DNA from: an uncultured bacterium
GTDB lineage: Bacteria; Verrucomicrobiota; Verrucomicrobiia; Limisphaerales; UBA8199
Direction of reading: 5' to 3'
Length of the DNA stretch: 64,000 bases
Assembly: GCA_963749495.1 (NCBI GenBank)
Contig: CAVVMW010000014.1
Coordinates: forward strand, 544,001-608,000
In this document: piece by piece, positions 41,679-51,917 of the stretch
Position numbering within the stretch: the first letter of the stretch is position 1
How the letters are laid out: each line of letters starts with the position of its first letter
The notes under the pieces: model-generated
Seen by the model: only the letters and a program-made list of their open reading frames with translations
The model's database searches: none
Told to the model about the DNA's origin: nothing
Made by a program: the position numbers and the translations under genes

Positions 41679-42365
41679 TCATGTCCGCGTTTGGATGCTG
41701 CTCCATGTTGCAGATGGCTGGTGGTGGATGGCGACGAGGACCTCTTGGTGGCAGCCGCAGGAGTGGATCACGCGGAACCCTCGGTGTTGAAGCCGTCTCC
41801 GCCAGTGCGCGAACCGGCTTTGCGGGTGCGGATGGCGCCGGCCCTCGGCGGCATGAATCGCGTCCATCAGGCGGAACCCACCGGGCGAAAAGTCGGCCAG
41901 CACGAGCTTGCCACCCGGCTTGACCATACGGAGCATTTCGCTGAATACCCGGTCGGGATCGGCGACATGGTGGAGCACGTTCCAAGACACCACCGCGTCG
42001 AAGCTCGCCGCCCGCCAAGGGAGGAAGCGCGCGTCCTGGATCACGAAGCGAATGCGGTCGGCCACGCCGGCATAAATCGCCTCGAGTCGGGCTTGACGTT
42101 GTTCTTCGGCACTGATGTCCGCGGTGGTGACGTTCGCCACGTGCCGTGCCAGGGGAATGAGGAAGCGCCCTTTGCCCGTGCCGATGTCCAGCACCCGCCC
42201 CCGCAGCGGCAGCGCCTTCTCCAACACAAACCGCACACTGGCCTCGGGATCGTAGCCGAAGCGCTGGTGCGTGGCGTTGCGCGCCTCGAGCAGGCCGTGG
42301 TTGGCTTCAACCTCAGCCGCAGAAAACGACCCGTTCGCCTGGTGATCTGATATCGTCCGTGTCAT
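41679..42365 (-). CDS. Class I SAM-dependent methyltransferase
   Basis: VLDIGTGKG, DARFLPW..ASFDAVV, LRMVKPGG. Confidence 0.85.
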   Translation of the reverse strand: MTRTISDHQANGSFSAAEVEANHGLLEARNATHQRFGYDPEASVRFVLEKALPLRGRVLDIGTGKGRFLIPLARHVANVTTADISAEEQRQARLEAIYAGVADRIRFVIQDARFLPWRAASFDAVVSWNVLHHVADPDRVFSEMLRMVKPGGKLVLADFSPGGFRLMDAIHAAEGRRHPHPQSRFAHWRRRLQHRGFRVIHSCGCHQEVLVAIHHQPSATWSSIQTRT

Positions 42366-42376
42366 GGCCACGCAGG

Positions 42377-42690
42377 CTACTTGGCCTTCGGCAGCTTTTT
42401 GAACGTCATGAACCAGTCGAGCGCGTAGGCGTCCGGATCCGGTTTCTCCATGCGCTCTTTGGCTGTGCCGCAAGAGCCGGGCGGCGGCACGATGACATCG
42501 TCGCCGGGTTGCCAATCGGCCGGCGTGGCGCAGCCGTGTTTGTCGCTCGTTTGCAGGGCAATCAGGAGGCGCTTGATCTCCAGGAAATTGCGCCCGTTCG
42601 ACAGCGGGTAATACAGGACGGCGCGAATTTTCGCCTTGGGATCAATGAGGAAGACCGGGCGCACAGCCTGGGTATCGCTCGCGCGGCAGT
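42377..42690 (-). pseudogene. Peroxiredoxin (Prx6-type) C-terminal half
   Basis: AVRPVFLIDP..IRAVLYYPLSNGRN..EIKRLLIALQ...ATPADWQPGD; the peroxidatic Cys region is absent. Confidence 0.75.
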
Positions 42691-42891
42691 TGGTCCTGGG
42701 CAGGAGGGTTCTCATAAATTCGTCGTGCTGCTCCTGGCTGATGAAGAGGAGGGCGGTTGCAGTGGGGATGACTTGCTCACCTCAAGCCGGAGAAGAATCG
42801 GCCGCACGATGCCCTCGAACGCGTGCGCCGGGCGGACCGACCGGTTTCAGAAATTTCGCTGGATGGATTCATGTTCTGTCCTCGGCGGGCA

Positions 42892-44565
42892 TCATGCCCC
42901 CGCCATGATGGCTTCCAAGTCGTGCTTGGCGTCGCCAATGGGCTTGAGGCCAAACTTCTCGACAAGGACTTTCACGATGTCCGGTGAGAGGAAGGCTGGC
43001 AACGTGGGCCCCAGCCGGATTCCTTTGACTCCCAGATGAAGCAATGCCAGCAGCACAATCACGGCCTTCTGCTCATACCAGGCAAGGTCAAAGGAAAGAG
43101 GCAGGTCGTTGATGTCCTTCAGTCCGAAGGCTTCTTTCAGTTTCAGGGCGATTAGGACCAACGAATAAGAGTCGTTGCATTGGCCGGCGTCCAGCACGCG
43201 CGGAATCCCGCCAATCTCACCCAGCGGAAGCTTGTTGTAGCGGAACTTGGCGCAACCGGCGGTTAGGATCACGGTGTCCTTGGGCAGATTCGAGGCGACG
43301 TCCGTGTAGTATTGGCGCGTTTTGTGTCGGCCATCACAACCGGCCATGACCACGAACCGTTTGATGGCGCCGGACTTGACGGCTCCGACCACTTCGTCGG
43401 CAAGCTGAGTAACCTGATGGTGCGCAAAGCCCCCGACCAACGCGCCGCTCTCAATCGGCTTGGGCGGCGGGCAGGTCTTGGCGAGGGCGATGAGAGGAGA
43501 GAAATCCTTCGGCTGGCCATTGACGCGATCGGGGATGTGCTTTATGCCGGGGTAGCCCGTGATGCCGGTGGTGAAGATGCGGTGCTGGTAAGCATCCTTC
43601 ACCGGGATGAGGCAGTTGGTCGTCATGAGGATCGGGCCGTTGAACATCTCAAACTCACGGTCCTGTTGCCACCAGGCATTGCCATAGTTGCCGGCCAGAT
43701 GGGAGTGCTTCTTGAAGGCGGGATAGGAGTGGGCGGGCAGCATCTCGCAGTGCGTGTAGATGTCCACACCCGTCCCCTCGGTTTGTTTGAGCAGGTTTTC
43801 GAGATCGCGCAGGTCGTGGCCGGAAACGAGGATGCCAGGATTGTTCCGCACGCCCAGATTGACGCGCGTCATCTCCGGATGGCCGTAAGTTCCAGTATTG
43901 GCCTTGTCCAACAACGCCATGCCCTTGACCCCGATTTCGCCGGTTTTGAGGAGGAGGGCGGTGAGTTCGTGCGCGCTCAGCGACTGGGCCGTGGCAACCA
44001 GGGCGTGCATGAGGAACTGATAAACCTCATCGTCCTCGCAACCCAGAATGGCAGCATGATCGGCATAGGCCGACAAGCCCCGCAGGCCGTTGAGGATCAA
44101 CTCATTCAGCGCGCGAATGTTCGGATCTGCCGTGGCCAACGGTGAAACGCTTGCGCCCTTGGCTCGGAACTCCTCCACACTGTCAGCGTTCCAGATGGCC
44201 GGCGCGGGAAGCGCTTCGGCGAAATCGCGCCCCCAGCGCGAGCGATAGGCGGAGAGGACGGCCGCTTTCAGCCCTTCCCGACGCCGGATGGCTTCACGGA
44301 TCAGAGCGACGAAGCGCCGGTCATCGAAGTTGGCATTGGTGATGGTGGCAAACAGGCCCTGCGCAATGAACAAGGCGTGTTCCCGGACGATGAGTCCGAG
44401 TTTCGCGGCTTGATTGCCGAAATAGGCCAAGCCACGGAGCGCGAACACGAGGGCGTGCTGGAGTGCGGCCGTACATTGATCCTTGCCGCAAACGCCGCGC
44501 GTGGTGCAGGCGACATTTTTAGCGGCTTCCTGGCATTGGTTGCAGAACATGCTTGGTGTTTTCAT
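42892..44565 (-). CDS. hcp: Hybrid cluster protein (hydroxylamine reductase)
   Basis: MFCNQCQE...C...[39 protein letters not shown]. Confidence 0.95.
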   Translation of the reverse strand: MKTPSMFCNQCQEAAKNVACTTRGVCGKDQCTAALQHALVFALRGLAYFGNQAAKLGLIVREHALFIAQGLFATITNANFDDRRFVALIREAIRRREGLKAAVLSAYRSRWGRDFAEALPAPAIWNADSVEEFRAKGASVSPLATADPNIRALNELILNGLRGLSAYADHAAILGCEDDEVYQFLMHALVATAQSLSAHELTALLLKTGEIGVKGMALLDKANTGTYGHPEMTRVNLGVRNNPGILVSGHDLRDLENLLKQTEGTGVDIYTHCEMLPAHSYPAFKKHSHLAGNYGNAWWQQDREFEMFNGPILMTTNCLIPVKDAYQHRIFTTGITGYPGIKHIPDRVNGQPKDFSPLIALAKTCPPPKPIESGALVGGFAHHQVTQLADEVVGAVKSGAIKRFVVMAGCDGRHKTRQYYTDVASNLPKDTVILTAGCAKFRYNKLPLGEIGGIPRVLDAGQCNDSYSLVLIALKLKEAFGLKDINDLPLSFDLAWYEQKAVIVLLALLHLGVKGIRLGPTLPAFLSPDIVKVLVEKFGLKPIGDAKHDLEAIMAGA

Positions 44566-44576
44566 ATCGTAGTAGT

Positions 44577-44607
44577 TATTGAGCCGCCGGGGATAGAAAA
44601 GTTACAG
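44577..44607 (-). promoter_or_regulatory. ECF-type promoter upstream of hcp
   Basis: CTGTAACTTTTCTATCCCCGGCGGCTCAATA, ending just upstream of the hcp ATG. Confidence 0.65.
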
Positions 44608-44694
44608 TCCATCCGGTTCCAGCAATTTCGCCGCAATGATTCGTGTTCCGCCTTTCTTTTCAACAAGTCAAGCAGGTGGCGTTGCATCGTGGCC

Positions 44695-45969
44695 TCAAGA
44701 TTTGCCGGTTGGCGAGGCGGGGACTTCGCCTGAACGCAGGTTTGCGAGAATGGGGCGCACGATTTCCGCAAAGGCTTGCGCGGTGGGGCTGCCGGCAAAA
44801 CGCTGGACAAAAGGCGTGCCCGCGTTGCCTGAATCCACCACCTGAGGGTCGAGTGGAACCTTTCCCAGGAACGGCACGCCCATTTCCCACGCGAGCGATT
44901 GGCCGCCGCCGGACTTGAACAAGTCGGTCGTTTTTCCGCAGTGCGGGCAGACGAAGCCGCTCATGTTCTCCACAACCCCCAGCACTTGCAGGTGGAGTTT
45001 CTCGCAGAAAGTAATGGAGCGGCGCACGTCCGCCACCGCCACGTCCTGGGGCGTGGTGACCACGATGGCGCTGGCCGTCTGGCCCACCAATTGCGCGACC
45101 GACAGAGGTTCGTCGCCCGTGCCCGGCGGCGAGTCAATCACCAGGACGTCGAGGTTGCCCCAAACGACATCTCGGAGGAACTGTTCAATGACTTTGTACT
45201 TGAGCGGTCCGCGCCACACCACGGCATCGCGCGGGCTTTGGAGCAGAAAGCCGATGGACATGACCTTGAGGTTCGGGCTGACCACTACCGGTTCGAAGGC
45301 CCCGGGTTCTGCGCTGGGGCCGCAGCTCTCGCCTTCCAGCCCCATGAGTTTCGGAATGCTCGGCCCATGAATGTCCACGTCCAGCAGGCCCACCGCGCAA
45401 CCGGCTTGCGCCAGGGACATTGCGAGGTTGGCGGCCACAGTGCTCTTGCCGACACCGCCTTTGCCCGACAGGACGAGGATTTTATGGCGAATGGCTTCCA
45501 GGCGGTCTTGCAACGCCGGATCGGCTGGGGGTTGTGGTTGCGGCTTCGACCGGCCCGCCTCAGCGGATGACGGCGCAGCCGGCTCGGCGGCGGGCGCGAT
45601 GGTCTTGCGGTATTGCTCCAAGGCGGCCTGCACCGTGTCCACGGCAAGCACCGGGCAATGTTTGTGGTCTTCGGGCAAGTTGCCGACGGCGATTCCGACC
45701 TGTTGCGGCGTCAGGCGGGCGGCTTCATCGAGGGTCTTGCCCTCGGCCAATCTGGCGGCCGTGGCGCCGCTGACGAGCGAAGCCCCGCAGCCGTCGGTGG
45801 TGAACGTGGCGCGGAGGATGCGGCCGTCGCCAATCGCCAGCCAGAATTCCATCGTGTCACCGCAGGGGCCGGTGACGCGCGCGTTGGCGTTGGCGCCTTT
45901 CAGCGGGCCAAAATTGGCCGGGAGTGATCGGACACCGGGTTGATGAAGTTTGCTGATAAGTTTTTCCAT
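44695..45969 (-). CDS. IscU/NifU_N - Mrp/NBP35 (ApbC) fusion Fe-S scaffold/carrier
   Basis: GPCGD, DGC, HKHC followed by SGKGGVGKST, DSPPGTGD, ENMSGFVCPHCG. Confidence 0.88.
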   Translation of the reverse strand: MEKLISKLHQPGVRSLPANFGPLKGANANARVTGPCGDTMEFWLAIGDGRILRATFTTDGCGASLVSGATAARLAEGKTLDEAARLTPQQVGIAVGNLPEDHKHCPVLAVDTVQAALEQYRKTIAPAAEPAAPSSAEAGRSKPQPQPPADPALQDRLEAIRHKILVLSGKGGVGKSTVAANLAMSLAQAGCAVGLLDVDIHGPSIPKLMGLEGESCGPSAEPGAFEPVVVSPNLKVMSIGFLLQSPRDAVVWRGPLKYKVIEQFLRDVVWGNLDVLVIDSPPGTGDEPLSVAQLVGQTASAIVVTTPQDVAVADVRRSITFCEKLHLQVLGVVENMSGFVCPHCGKTTDLFKSGGGQSLAWEMGVPFLGKVPLDPQVVDSGNAGTPFVQRFAGSPTAQAFAEIVRPILANLRSGEVPASPTGKS

Positions 45970-46847
45970 AGTTGAGTTATTGCCGTCGCCGCCGGGCCGT
46001 GGTCATGTTCCACAACCGGTCGGGCCTGGCGCTGGGCAGCGGTCACGGCCGGGTCGTAGGGAATCCGTCCTGCAACCGTCGCGCCGAGTTCGGCAGCGCA
46101 CCGCTCCATCCGCGCCGTCATCGCCGGGTTCAAATCATGTTTGTTCACGCAGACGCAGGCCGGGATGTCAAAGTGCCGGGCCAGCGCCAGCACCCGCTCG
46201 AGGTCGTGTTCGCCCGAAGGCGTCGGTTCGGTGACCGCCAGGAGCAGGGAGGCGCCGGTGAGGGTGGCCATCACCTGACAGCCGACGCCCGGCGGACCGT
46301 CAATCAAGAGGGACCGGCGGCCAGCCTCGCGCGCCGCCTGGCGCGCCTGTTCGCGCACGAGAGCGGCCAGTTTGCCCGAATTGCCTTGGCCGGGTTGCAG
46401 ACGGGCGTGGACCAGCGGGCCAAACCGCGTTTCCGAGATAAACCATTCACCGCCGTCGGTTGTGGCTAGTTCGATGGCGTGTTCCGCGCAGTAATGGACG
46501 CAGACGCCGCAGCCTTCGCAGGCGAATGCGTCAACGCGGAACGTGCGCGGCACGCGGTCATTGGCCGGCCCGTCAGAGAAAATGGCGTCGAACCGGCACA
46601 GTTCCTCGCACTTGCCGCAGGCGGTGCAGTGGCCGGAGTTGATGCGGGCGCGCGGGCCGCCGGTAAAGGTCTCGCGCCGCCGGATGCGCGGATCCAGGAC
46701 CAGCGGCAGGTTCGAGGCGTCCACGTCGCAATCCGCCAGCGCCGGCGTTTCGGCCAAGGCGGCCAGCGAGGCAGTCACCGAGGTTTTGCCCGTGCCCCCT
46801 TTACCGCTGAGGACGACCAACTCGCAGATGGGGAAGTCGTTGCTCAT
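45900..46847 (-). CDS. MinD-like P-loop ATPase with inserted ferredoxin (COG1149)
   Basis: SGKGGTGKT, DCDVD, CTACGKC..C, CEGCGVC..C, DGPPGVGC, VTEPT. Confidence 0.88.
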   Translation of the reverse strand: MSNDFPICELVVLSGKGGTGKTSVTASLAALAETPALADCDVDASNLPLVLDPRIRRRETFTGGPRARINSGHCTACGKCEELCRFDAIFSDGPANDRVPRTFRVDAFACEGCGVCVHYCAEHAIELATTDGGEWFISETRFGPLVHARLQPGQGNSGKLAALVREQARQAAREAGRRSLLIDGPPGVGCQVMATLTGASLLLAVTEPTPSGEHDLERVLALARHFDIPACVCVNKHDLNPAMTARMERCAAELGATVAGRIPYDPAVTAAQRQARPVVEHDHGPAATAITQLWKNLSANFINPVSDHSRPILAR

Positions 46848-47863
46848 GGTGACAGCAGTTCCTGGGTCGGATGGGCGTTCTCCTCCTGGTAGCGTCGGGC
46901 CGGCGAAGGTGCGGCAGAAATGCGGATCGCGCTGTCGCGCGAGTCCGGCGCGGGCGATTTACTGGCAGCGTTGATGGCCCGTTCCAAATCCGACCGGGCT
47001 TTGCGCGGCAGCGCATCCGCCTTGACGGCGGCCAGCAGCCGCAGCAGCAATTGGTCGAAAGTCCGTTTCAGTCCCGGCACCACTTCGATGGCGAGTTGTC
47101 CTTGGGAATAAGCCTTGGCAATGGCCACTACGTCGGGAATCTCCGCCAGGATCGGCGCCCCCGCCTGGCTGCACAATTCCCGCGTCTCGTTTGCTCCGGG
47201 TTGGGCGCGATTGACGACCACGCCGCAGGGCAGTTTCAATGTCTTCGCCACGTCCAGGGCCAGCCGCAAATCGTGCAGTCCGAACGGCGTCGGCTCGGTC
47301 ACCAGCAGCACGTAGTGGCAATTCCGTGCCGTTTCGATCATAGGGCAGGCCGTGCCGGGCGGGGCGTCCAGAATCGTCCAGTCCGTCGGCGGCGGGGCTT
47401 GTTTGACGGCGCGAATGACGGGCGGGCTGGCGGCTTCGCCCACGTTGAGCGTGCCGGACACGAATTGAACCCGCCCGGTGGCGCCGGTCTTCACCACACC
47501 CATCAGGTGCGACGCCTCGGTAATGGCGCCAGCGGTGCAAACCAGCGCGCACCCGCCGCAACTGTGACACAGCTCGTCATACACCAGCGTCCGGTCGGCC
47601 AGGCACACGATGGCATTGAAGCGGCAAATTTGGGCGCAGTCGCCGCAATGCAGGCACCGCTCCTGGTCCACCCGCGGGACGAGTCGGCCGACCGGGTTTT
47701 CGCGGGCTAAGTCCGGCTTCAAAAAAAGGTGGCCGTTGGGCGCTTCGACATCGCAATCCACGTAGGCCACCGTCTGGCCGTGGCGCGCGAGCGTGACGGC
47801 CAGGTTGGTGGCAACGGTGGTCTTGCCGGTGCCGCCCTTGCCGCTGGCAACGGCGAGCCTCAT
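46844..47863 (-). CDS. MinD-like P-loop ATPase with inserted ferredoxin (COG1149)
   Basis: SGKGGTGKTT, DCDVEAPN, CLHCGDC, CHSCGGC, DAPPGTAC. Confidence 0.88.
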   Translation of the reverse strand: MRLAVASGKGGTGKTTVATNLAVTLARHGQTVAYVDCDVEAPNGHLFLKPDLARENPVGRLVPRVDQERCLHCGDCAQICRFNAIVCLADRTLVYDELCHSCGGCALVCTAGAITEASHLMGVVKTGATGRVQFVSGTLNVGEAASPPVIRAVKQAPPPTDWTILDAPPGTACPMIETARNCHYVLLVTEPTPFGLHDLRLALDVAKTLKLPCGVVVNRAQPGANETRELCSQAGAPILAEIPDVVAIAKAYSQGQLAIEVVPGLKRTFDQLLLRLLAAVKADALPRKARSDLERAINAASKSPAPDSRDSAIRISAAPSPARRYQEENAHPTQELLSP

Positions 47864-49065
47864 GCGGTGTCACCAGGCTTGTCGGTCTGGGGTTTGTTTT
47901 CGTTGGGAATGTTTGAAGCTGGTGGATTCGGCTGCATCACCCCACCTCGCCTCCGGCCGCGGCCAAAACCCCGGCCGCGACCCTGGCCACGGCCTGGGCC
48001 GCCCTGGCCTCGACCGCCACCCCAGCCGCGGCGCTGACTGCCGCCGCAAGGTCCCATGCCCTTGCCGCTTGCCGGACCCTGTCCCAGCGGTCCGGTTCCA
48101 TCGCCCATTGGTGTCATAACTTTGTCCTTCCGTTTACGATTGTTTTCCGTGGTGGAATTGAGTTCCCGCGCCTCGGTTGGAGGCGGGGCGGCGACACGGC
48201 TCGCCGTCTCGGGAACATTGCGGTGCAAGACCAGGCTCCCGACCGCCTGGCCGATGTGCCGGGCCACCACGGCACACTTGACCTTAAAGAGGAAGAAAAT
48301 GTTTTTCCCGCAGCCATCCAGCGACTCGAAATTCGCCTGGCCCTTGGCGATAATCAGGTCGGCGCAGGCAAACCGCCGCTGAAACTCCGGGCTGCAGGCG
48401 TCGAGCACGATGCCGGCCCCATCGCTGCCGTTGTCCGTCACCATGACCAACCCGTCCAAACCGGCAACTTGGGCGTCTGCCAGCAAGGCATCATTCATGG
48501 CCGGCCCGCCCTTGACCACGACGGTGATTTTCTCGCGCGGCAGCAGTTCGAGCAACAGCCGGTCGAAGACCAACTCGCCGGCGTTGTCGGCCAGGAACAA
48601 AATGTCGGTGGCGCCTCCCGCTGCGGCCAAGAGCTCTTCTACATTCCCCTTGAGCGGCGCCGCAAACGAGGCTTCCAGCGCAGCCGGGATTTGCTCCGCC
48701 GTCAGATCGCCTTTGATGCCAAAGTCAATGACATTGGCGGCGATGGCGAGTTTTACTGCGGCTGCGCTTGGGTTGTCCGCGGCCCGCAGCCGCTCGCGCC
48801 AGCCGGGCAACAGCGCCAGCGCGAGCCGGTTGGATTCCTGTTTGATTCCCAAGTAAGGGTCTGGTTGCCCCGTCAACTCGCGGACCAGCCGGTGAATGAA
48901 CAGGCCAAAACGGGCCGGCGCCTGGGCGAGATCCGCGCGGCTGGCGCGCCGGAGCACCTCGCGCAAAATCCGCTCGTGAACCTGGTGGTCGGCGGTCGCC
49001 AGTCGCGCAACGTTCAGGCCCTGCGACACGAAACAAGGGATGCAATCCAGCGCGCTTTTCATCAC
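47860..49065 (-). CDS. ARMT1/DUF89 damage-control phosphatase, read in frame with a DUF5320-like Gly/Arg-rich peptide
   Basis: DCIPC, DPY, DNAGE..FD, KGQANFESL, KC; tail MGDGTGPLGQGP..GKGMGPC. Confidence 0.8.
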   Translation of the reverse strand: MMKSALDCIPCFVSQGLNVARLATADHQVHERILREVLRRASRADLAQAPARFGLFIHRLVRELTGQPDPYLGIKQESNRLALALLPGWRERLRAADNPSAAAVKLAIAANVIDFGIKGDLTAEQIPAALEASFAAPLKGNVEELLAAAGGATDILFLADNAGELVFDRLLLELLPREKITVVVKGGPAMNDALLADAQVAGLDGLVMVTDNGSDGAGIVLDACSPEFQRRFACADLIIAKGQANFESLDGCGKNIFFLFKVKCAVVARHIGQAVGSLVLHRNVPETASRVAAPPPTEARELNSTTENNRKRKDKVMTPMGDGTGPLGQGPASGKGMGPCGGSQRRGWGGGRGQGGPGRGQGRGRGFGRGRRRGGVMQPNPPASNIPNENKPQTDKPGDTA

Positions 49066-49421
49066 CAGTGCCCTCGCACGTCCGGCTGGGACAGCGCCCG
49101 GAGTTGGCCGGCCAGAAAGGACTGGACGGCCTGCTCCACCGTGCCGCCGTCCACGGCATACACCTGGATGTTGGCGGCCTGGAGAGCGCTCCAGGCCTTG
49201 GGACCGACATGGCCGGTGATGACGGCCTGAACGCCCAGGCGCGCCAGGCTCTGGCCGGCCTGGACTCCCGCTCCCTGAACAGCGTTCACTCCCTCGGCGT
49301 TGTCCACCGCCATTTGCTGCCCCGTTTCGGTGTCCACGGTCCGGAAAAAGCGCGCCCGGCCGAAGCGAAGATCCACTGGCGAATCCAGGTCCGGTCCTTG
49401 GGTGGTAATGGCCAGTTTCAT
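49062..49421 (-). CDS. NifB/NifX-family (ORP-like) protein
   Basis: VDLRFGRARFF...GAGVQA...VITGHVGPKA. Confidence 0.88.
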   Translation of the reverse strand: MKLAITTQGPDLDSPVDLRFGRARFFRTVDTETGQQMAVDNAEGVNAVQGAGVQAGQSLARLGVQAVITGHVGPKAWSALQAANIQVYAVDGGTVEQAVQSFLAGQLRALSQPDVRGHW

Positions 49422-49780
49422 GAGCAACCGGTGTGTTCGTGGTTGTGGCCGCACGTCGGGGTTTGGCCGTCCAGCGCGCCGTTCAAAAACGCCCGTGCCA
49501 CGTTCTCCGGCGTGTCGCCCATTGCGCCGGCGTGGACCGCGATGCCGTTTTGGGCGAACAAATCCAGCGCGCGCCGGCCCATGCCCCCGGCGATGACCAC
49601 CTGGACGCCTTGTTCGTGCAGCCAGCGGGGCAACAAGCCAGGCTCGTGTGGCGGCGGGACCGCCAGGGTTTGGGCGAGGAGTTGCTTGGATGCGGGGTCA
49701 GCCTCGATCAGGGCAAATTGTTCGCAATGGCCGAAATGCTCGGACAAGCGGCCAGCGGTCAGGGGAATGGCAATTTTCAT
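49418..49780 (-). CDS. NifB/NifX-family protein
   Basis: HFGHCEQF...PPPHEPG...VIAGGMG...CGHNHEH. Confidence 0.88.
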   Translation of the reverse strand: MKIAIPLTAGRLSEHFGHCEQFALIEADPASKQLLAQTLAVPPPHEPGLLPRWLHEQGVQVVIAGGMGRRALDLFAQNGIAVHAGAMGDTPENVARAFLNGALDGQTPTCGHNHEHTGCS

Positions 49781-49946
49781 GATTCTATTATTGTTTGTTA
49801 TGTTTCATCAAAAAGGATTGGAATGTTCTAGCTATTGGATTTCAGACTCAGGGTTCGCGGACGACTCAATGCTGCAACCTGGAGGTGGCGCGGTGGGCAT
49901 CACCGGCTTATAGTCAATCCACGCGTTCTGAAAGGCGTGACTTAGG

Positions 49947-50510
49947 TTAGCGCCTACGCCAGCCAGCCCACATGGGGACTCCATTTTCATCCCTGAGTTT
50001 TAGAATCCCATCCCCCTTCTTCACTTCGGCGGCAATCAGAACGGGTTTGCCGTCCAGAGCAAGCCGGGAGCCGGTAATCTCGATTTTGTCCTTGGGTTCG
50101 ACTTGCGCTTCCTGATTATCGAGATACCAACTTGGTCCCAGATGCACCGAAATGGTTTCTTTTTCGGTTTTCAACAGGAGATACACCACAGAACTCATGC
50201 CCTTGACTGGCGTGAGCTTTTCCACGCTCATGACCTCTCCTCTGACCGTTTCAACAGTCTTCAGGTCATACACCCTGCCACACTGGCTGTTCGCAGTCCA
50301 GCAACCCGCACCCTGGCAACCGGCGCCGTGAGACCCCCCGCCTTGGCAATCGGCACCCTGGCAACCGGCACCGTGAGACACCGCGCCTTGGCAACCCGCG
50401 CCATGCCAGGCAGCGCCATGATGATGGTCTCCGCATTGAGCCTGCGCCTGAACTGCGGCCAGAGCGCCAGCGATTACTAATGCGCCAATCAACTTCGTGA
50501 TCGTTTTCAT
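49947..50510 (-). CDS. Exported OB-fold-type protein with HGAGCQG repeats
   Basis: Signal peptide; YD..TVETV.G...VHLGP.WYL...LRDENGVPMW domain. Confidence 0.7.
   Translation of the reverse strand: MKTITKLIGALVIAGALAAVQAQAQCGDHHHGAAWHGAGCQGAVSHGAGCQGADCQGGGSHGAGCQGAGCWTANSQCGRVYDLKTVETVRGEVMSVEKLTPVKGMSSVVYLLLKTEKETISVHLGPSWYLDNQEAQVEPKDKIEITGSRLALDGKPVLIAAEVKKGDGILKLRDENGVPMWAGWRRR
50302..50404 (-). repeat. In-frame tandem repeat encoding (H)GAGCQG units
   Basis: Recurrent CCCTGGCAACCGGC / CCTTGGCAA units on the + strand. Confidence 0.7.
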
Positions 50511-50534
50511 CGTTCTTTTTTTCTCTTTATGAGT

Positions 50535-51853
50535 TCATTGGGAAGCCTCGCCCGGCTGGAAGGAATGATGTTTGTCCGCCTCCAAGCCGGAGATGATTCC
50601 GCGCACAACATGGTCAAACGCGCGGGCCGAGGAATTCTCGGAAAAGCGGTTCGCGAAGGGCTTTCCGATGTCGCCGGATTCGACAATTTCCGGATCGAGC
50701 GGGATGCTGCCAAGAAACCTCACCTTCATTTCCCGGGCCAGCTTCTTGCCGCCCCCCATCTTGAAGAGCGGCTCGGTCTCGCCGCACCTCGGGCAGACGT
50801 AGCCGCTCATGTTCTCCACAATCCCGATCACGGGCAGGCCGACCTGTTGGCAAAAGACAATCGAACGGCGCACGTCGGCCACCGCAACTTGCTGCGGAGT
50901 GGTGACGACGACGGCGCCAGCCGGCCGCCCGACCAACTGGGCCACGGCCAGCGGTTCGTCCCCAGTCCCCGGCGGAGAATCCACGATCAAGAAATCCAAG
51001 TCGCCCCACTCGACCCCGCCGAGCAGCTCCTGAATCGCTTTGTATTTCATGGGGCCGCGCCAGATAACGGCATCGCGCGCGCCATTGAGAAGGAAACCCA
51101 GCGACATGACGCTTACGCCCGAGGGGCCGCAGACAGGGTGGAGGGCTTGGCCATCAAATTCCGGCGCGCTTTCCTCCAAACCGAGCAGCTTGGGAATGCT
51201 GGGACCATGAATATCCACGTCCAACAGGCCAACGCGCATGCCGGCGGCAGCCAGAGCGATGCCCAGGTTGGCGGCGATAGTGCTTTTCCCCACGCCGCCT
51301 TTCCCCGAAAGTACCAGGAGTTTAAGAGCAATCCGGCCCAGGCGTGTCTGCAAAACGCCGCTTTCTTTCCCCGCAACTTCCGGACCTTTTTTGGAGGCGG
51401 GATGGTGTTCTGCTTGCTCCAGGTGCTCAGAGGCTGCGCGCAAGCTGGTTGAGTCGGGGCCTTGTCAGCACTGGGTTTGGGACCGTATTGCTCTATGGCA
51501 GCCTGGAGAGTCTTCAGCGCCAGAACCGGGCAATGCTTGTGGTCCATGGGGAGCCCGCCAACCGCATCCTCCACCTCTTGCGCGGTCAACCGGCCAGCCT
51601 CATCCAATGTCCTTCCAGCAGCCAGCCGGGCGGCCATGGCCCCGCTGAGGATGGAAGCCTTGCAGCCATCCGTTGTGAAGTTCGCCTGCAAAATCCGTTC
51701 ATTTTCGACCCAAAGCCAGAATTCCATCGTGTCGCCACAAGGCCCAAGGACGCGCGCATTGGCATTGGCGCCTTTGAGCGGGCCAAAGTTGGCGGGGAGC
51801 TCGCGCACCGCAATATTGGGTTTGCCTGGCGTAAGTCCTTTGCGCGTTTTCAT
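50535..51853 (-). CDS. Second NifU_N - Mrp/NBP35 fusion; frameshift near 51445
   Basis: LPANFGPLKGANANARV.GPCGDTMEFWL is shared with 44695..45969. The Mrp half is ORF 50535..51443. Confidence 0.82.
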
Positions 51854-51917
51854 GGTAACATCGCTTGGCTCCGAAGGGGTAAGGCGTTTCTTTGAAATCC
51901 TCTCCGCAATCTCCCAT

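Noticed and set aside
49947..50510. Magnetosome gene (MamS/MamX-like domain)
   Set aside because: The domain family is widespread, and no other mam genes or CxxCH magnetochrome motifs are present.
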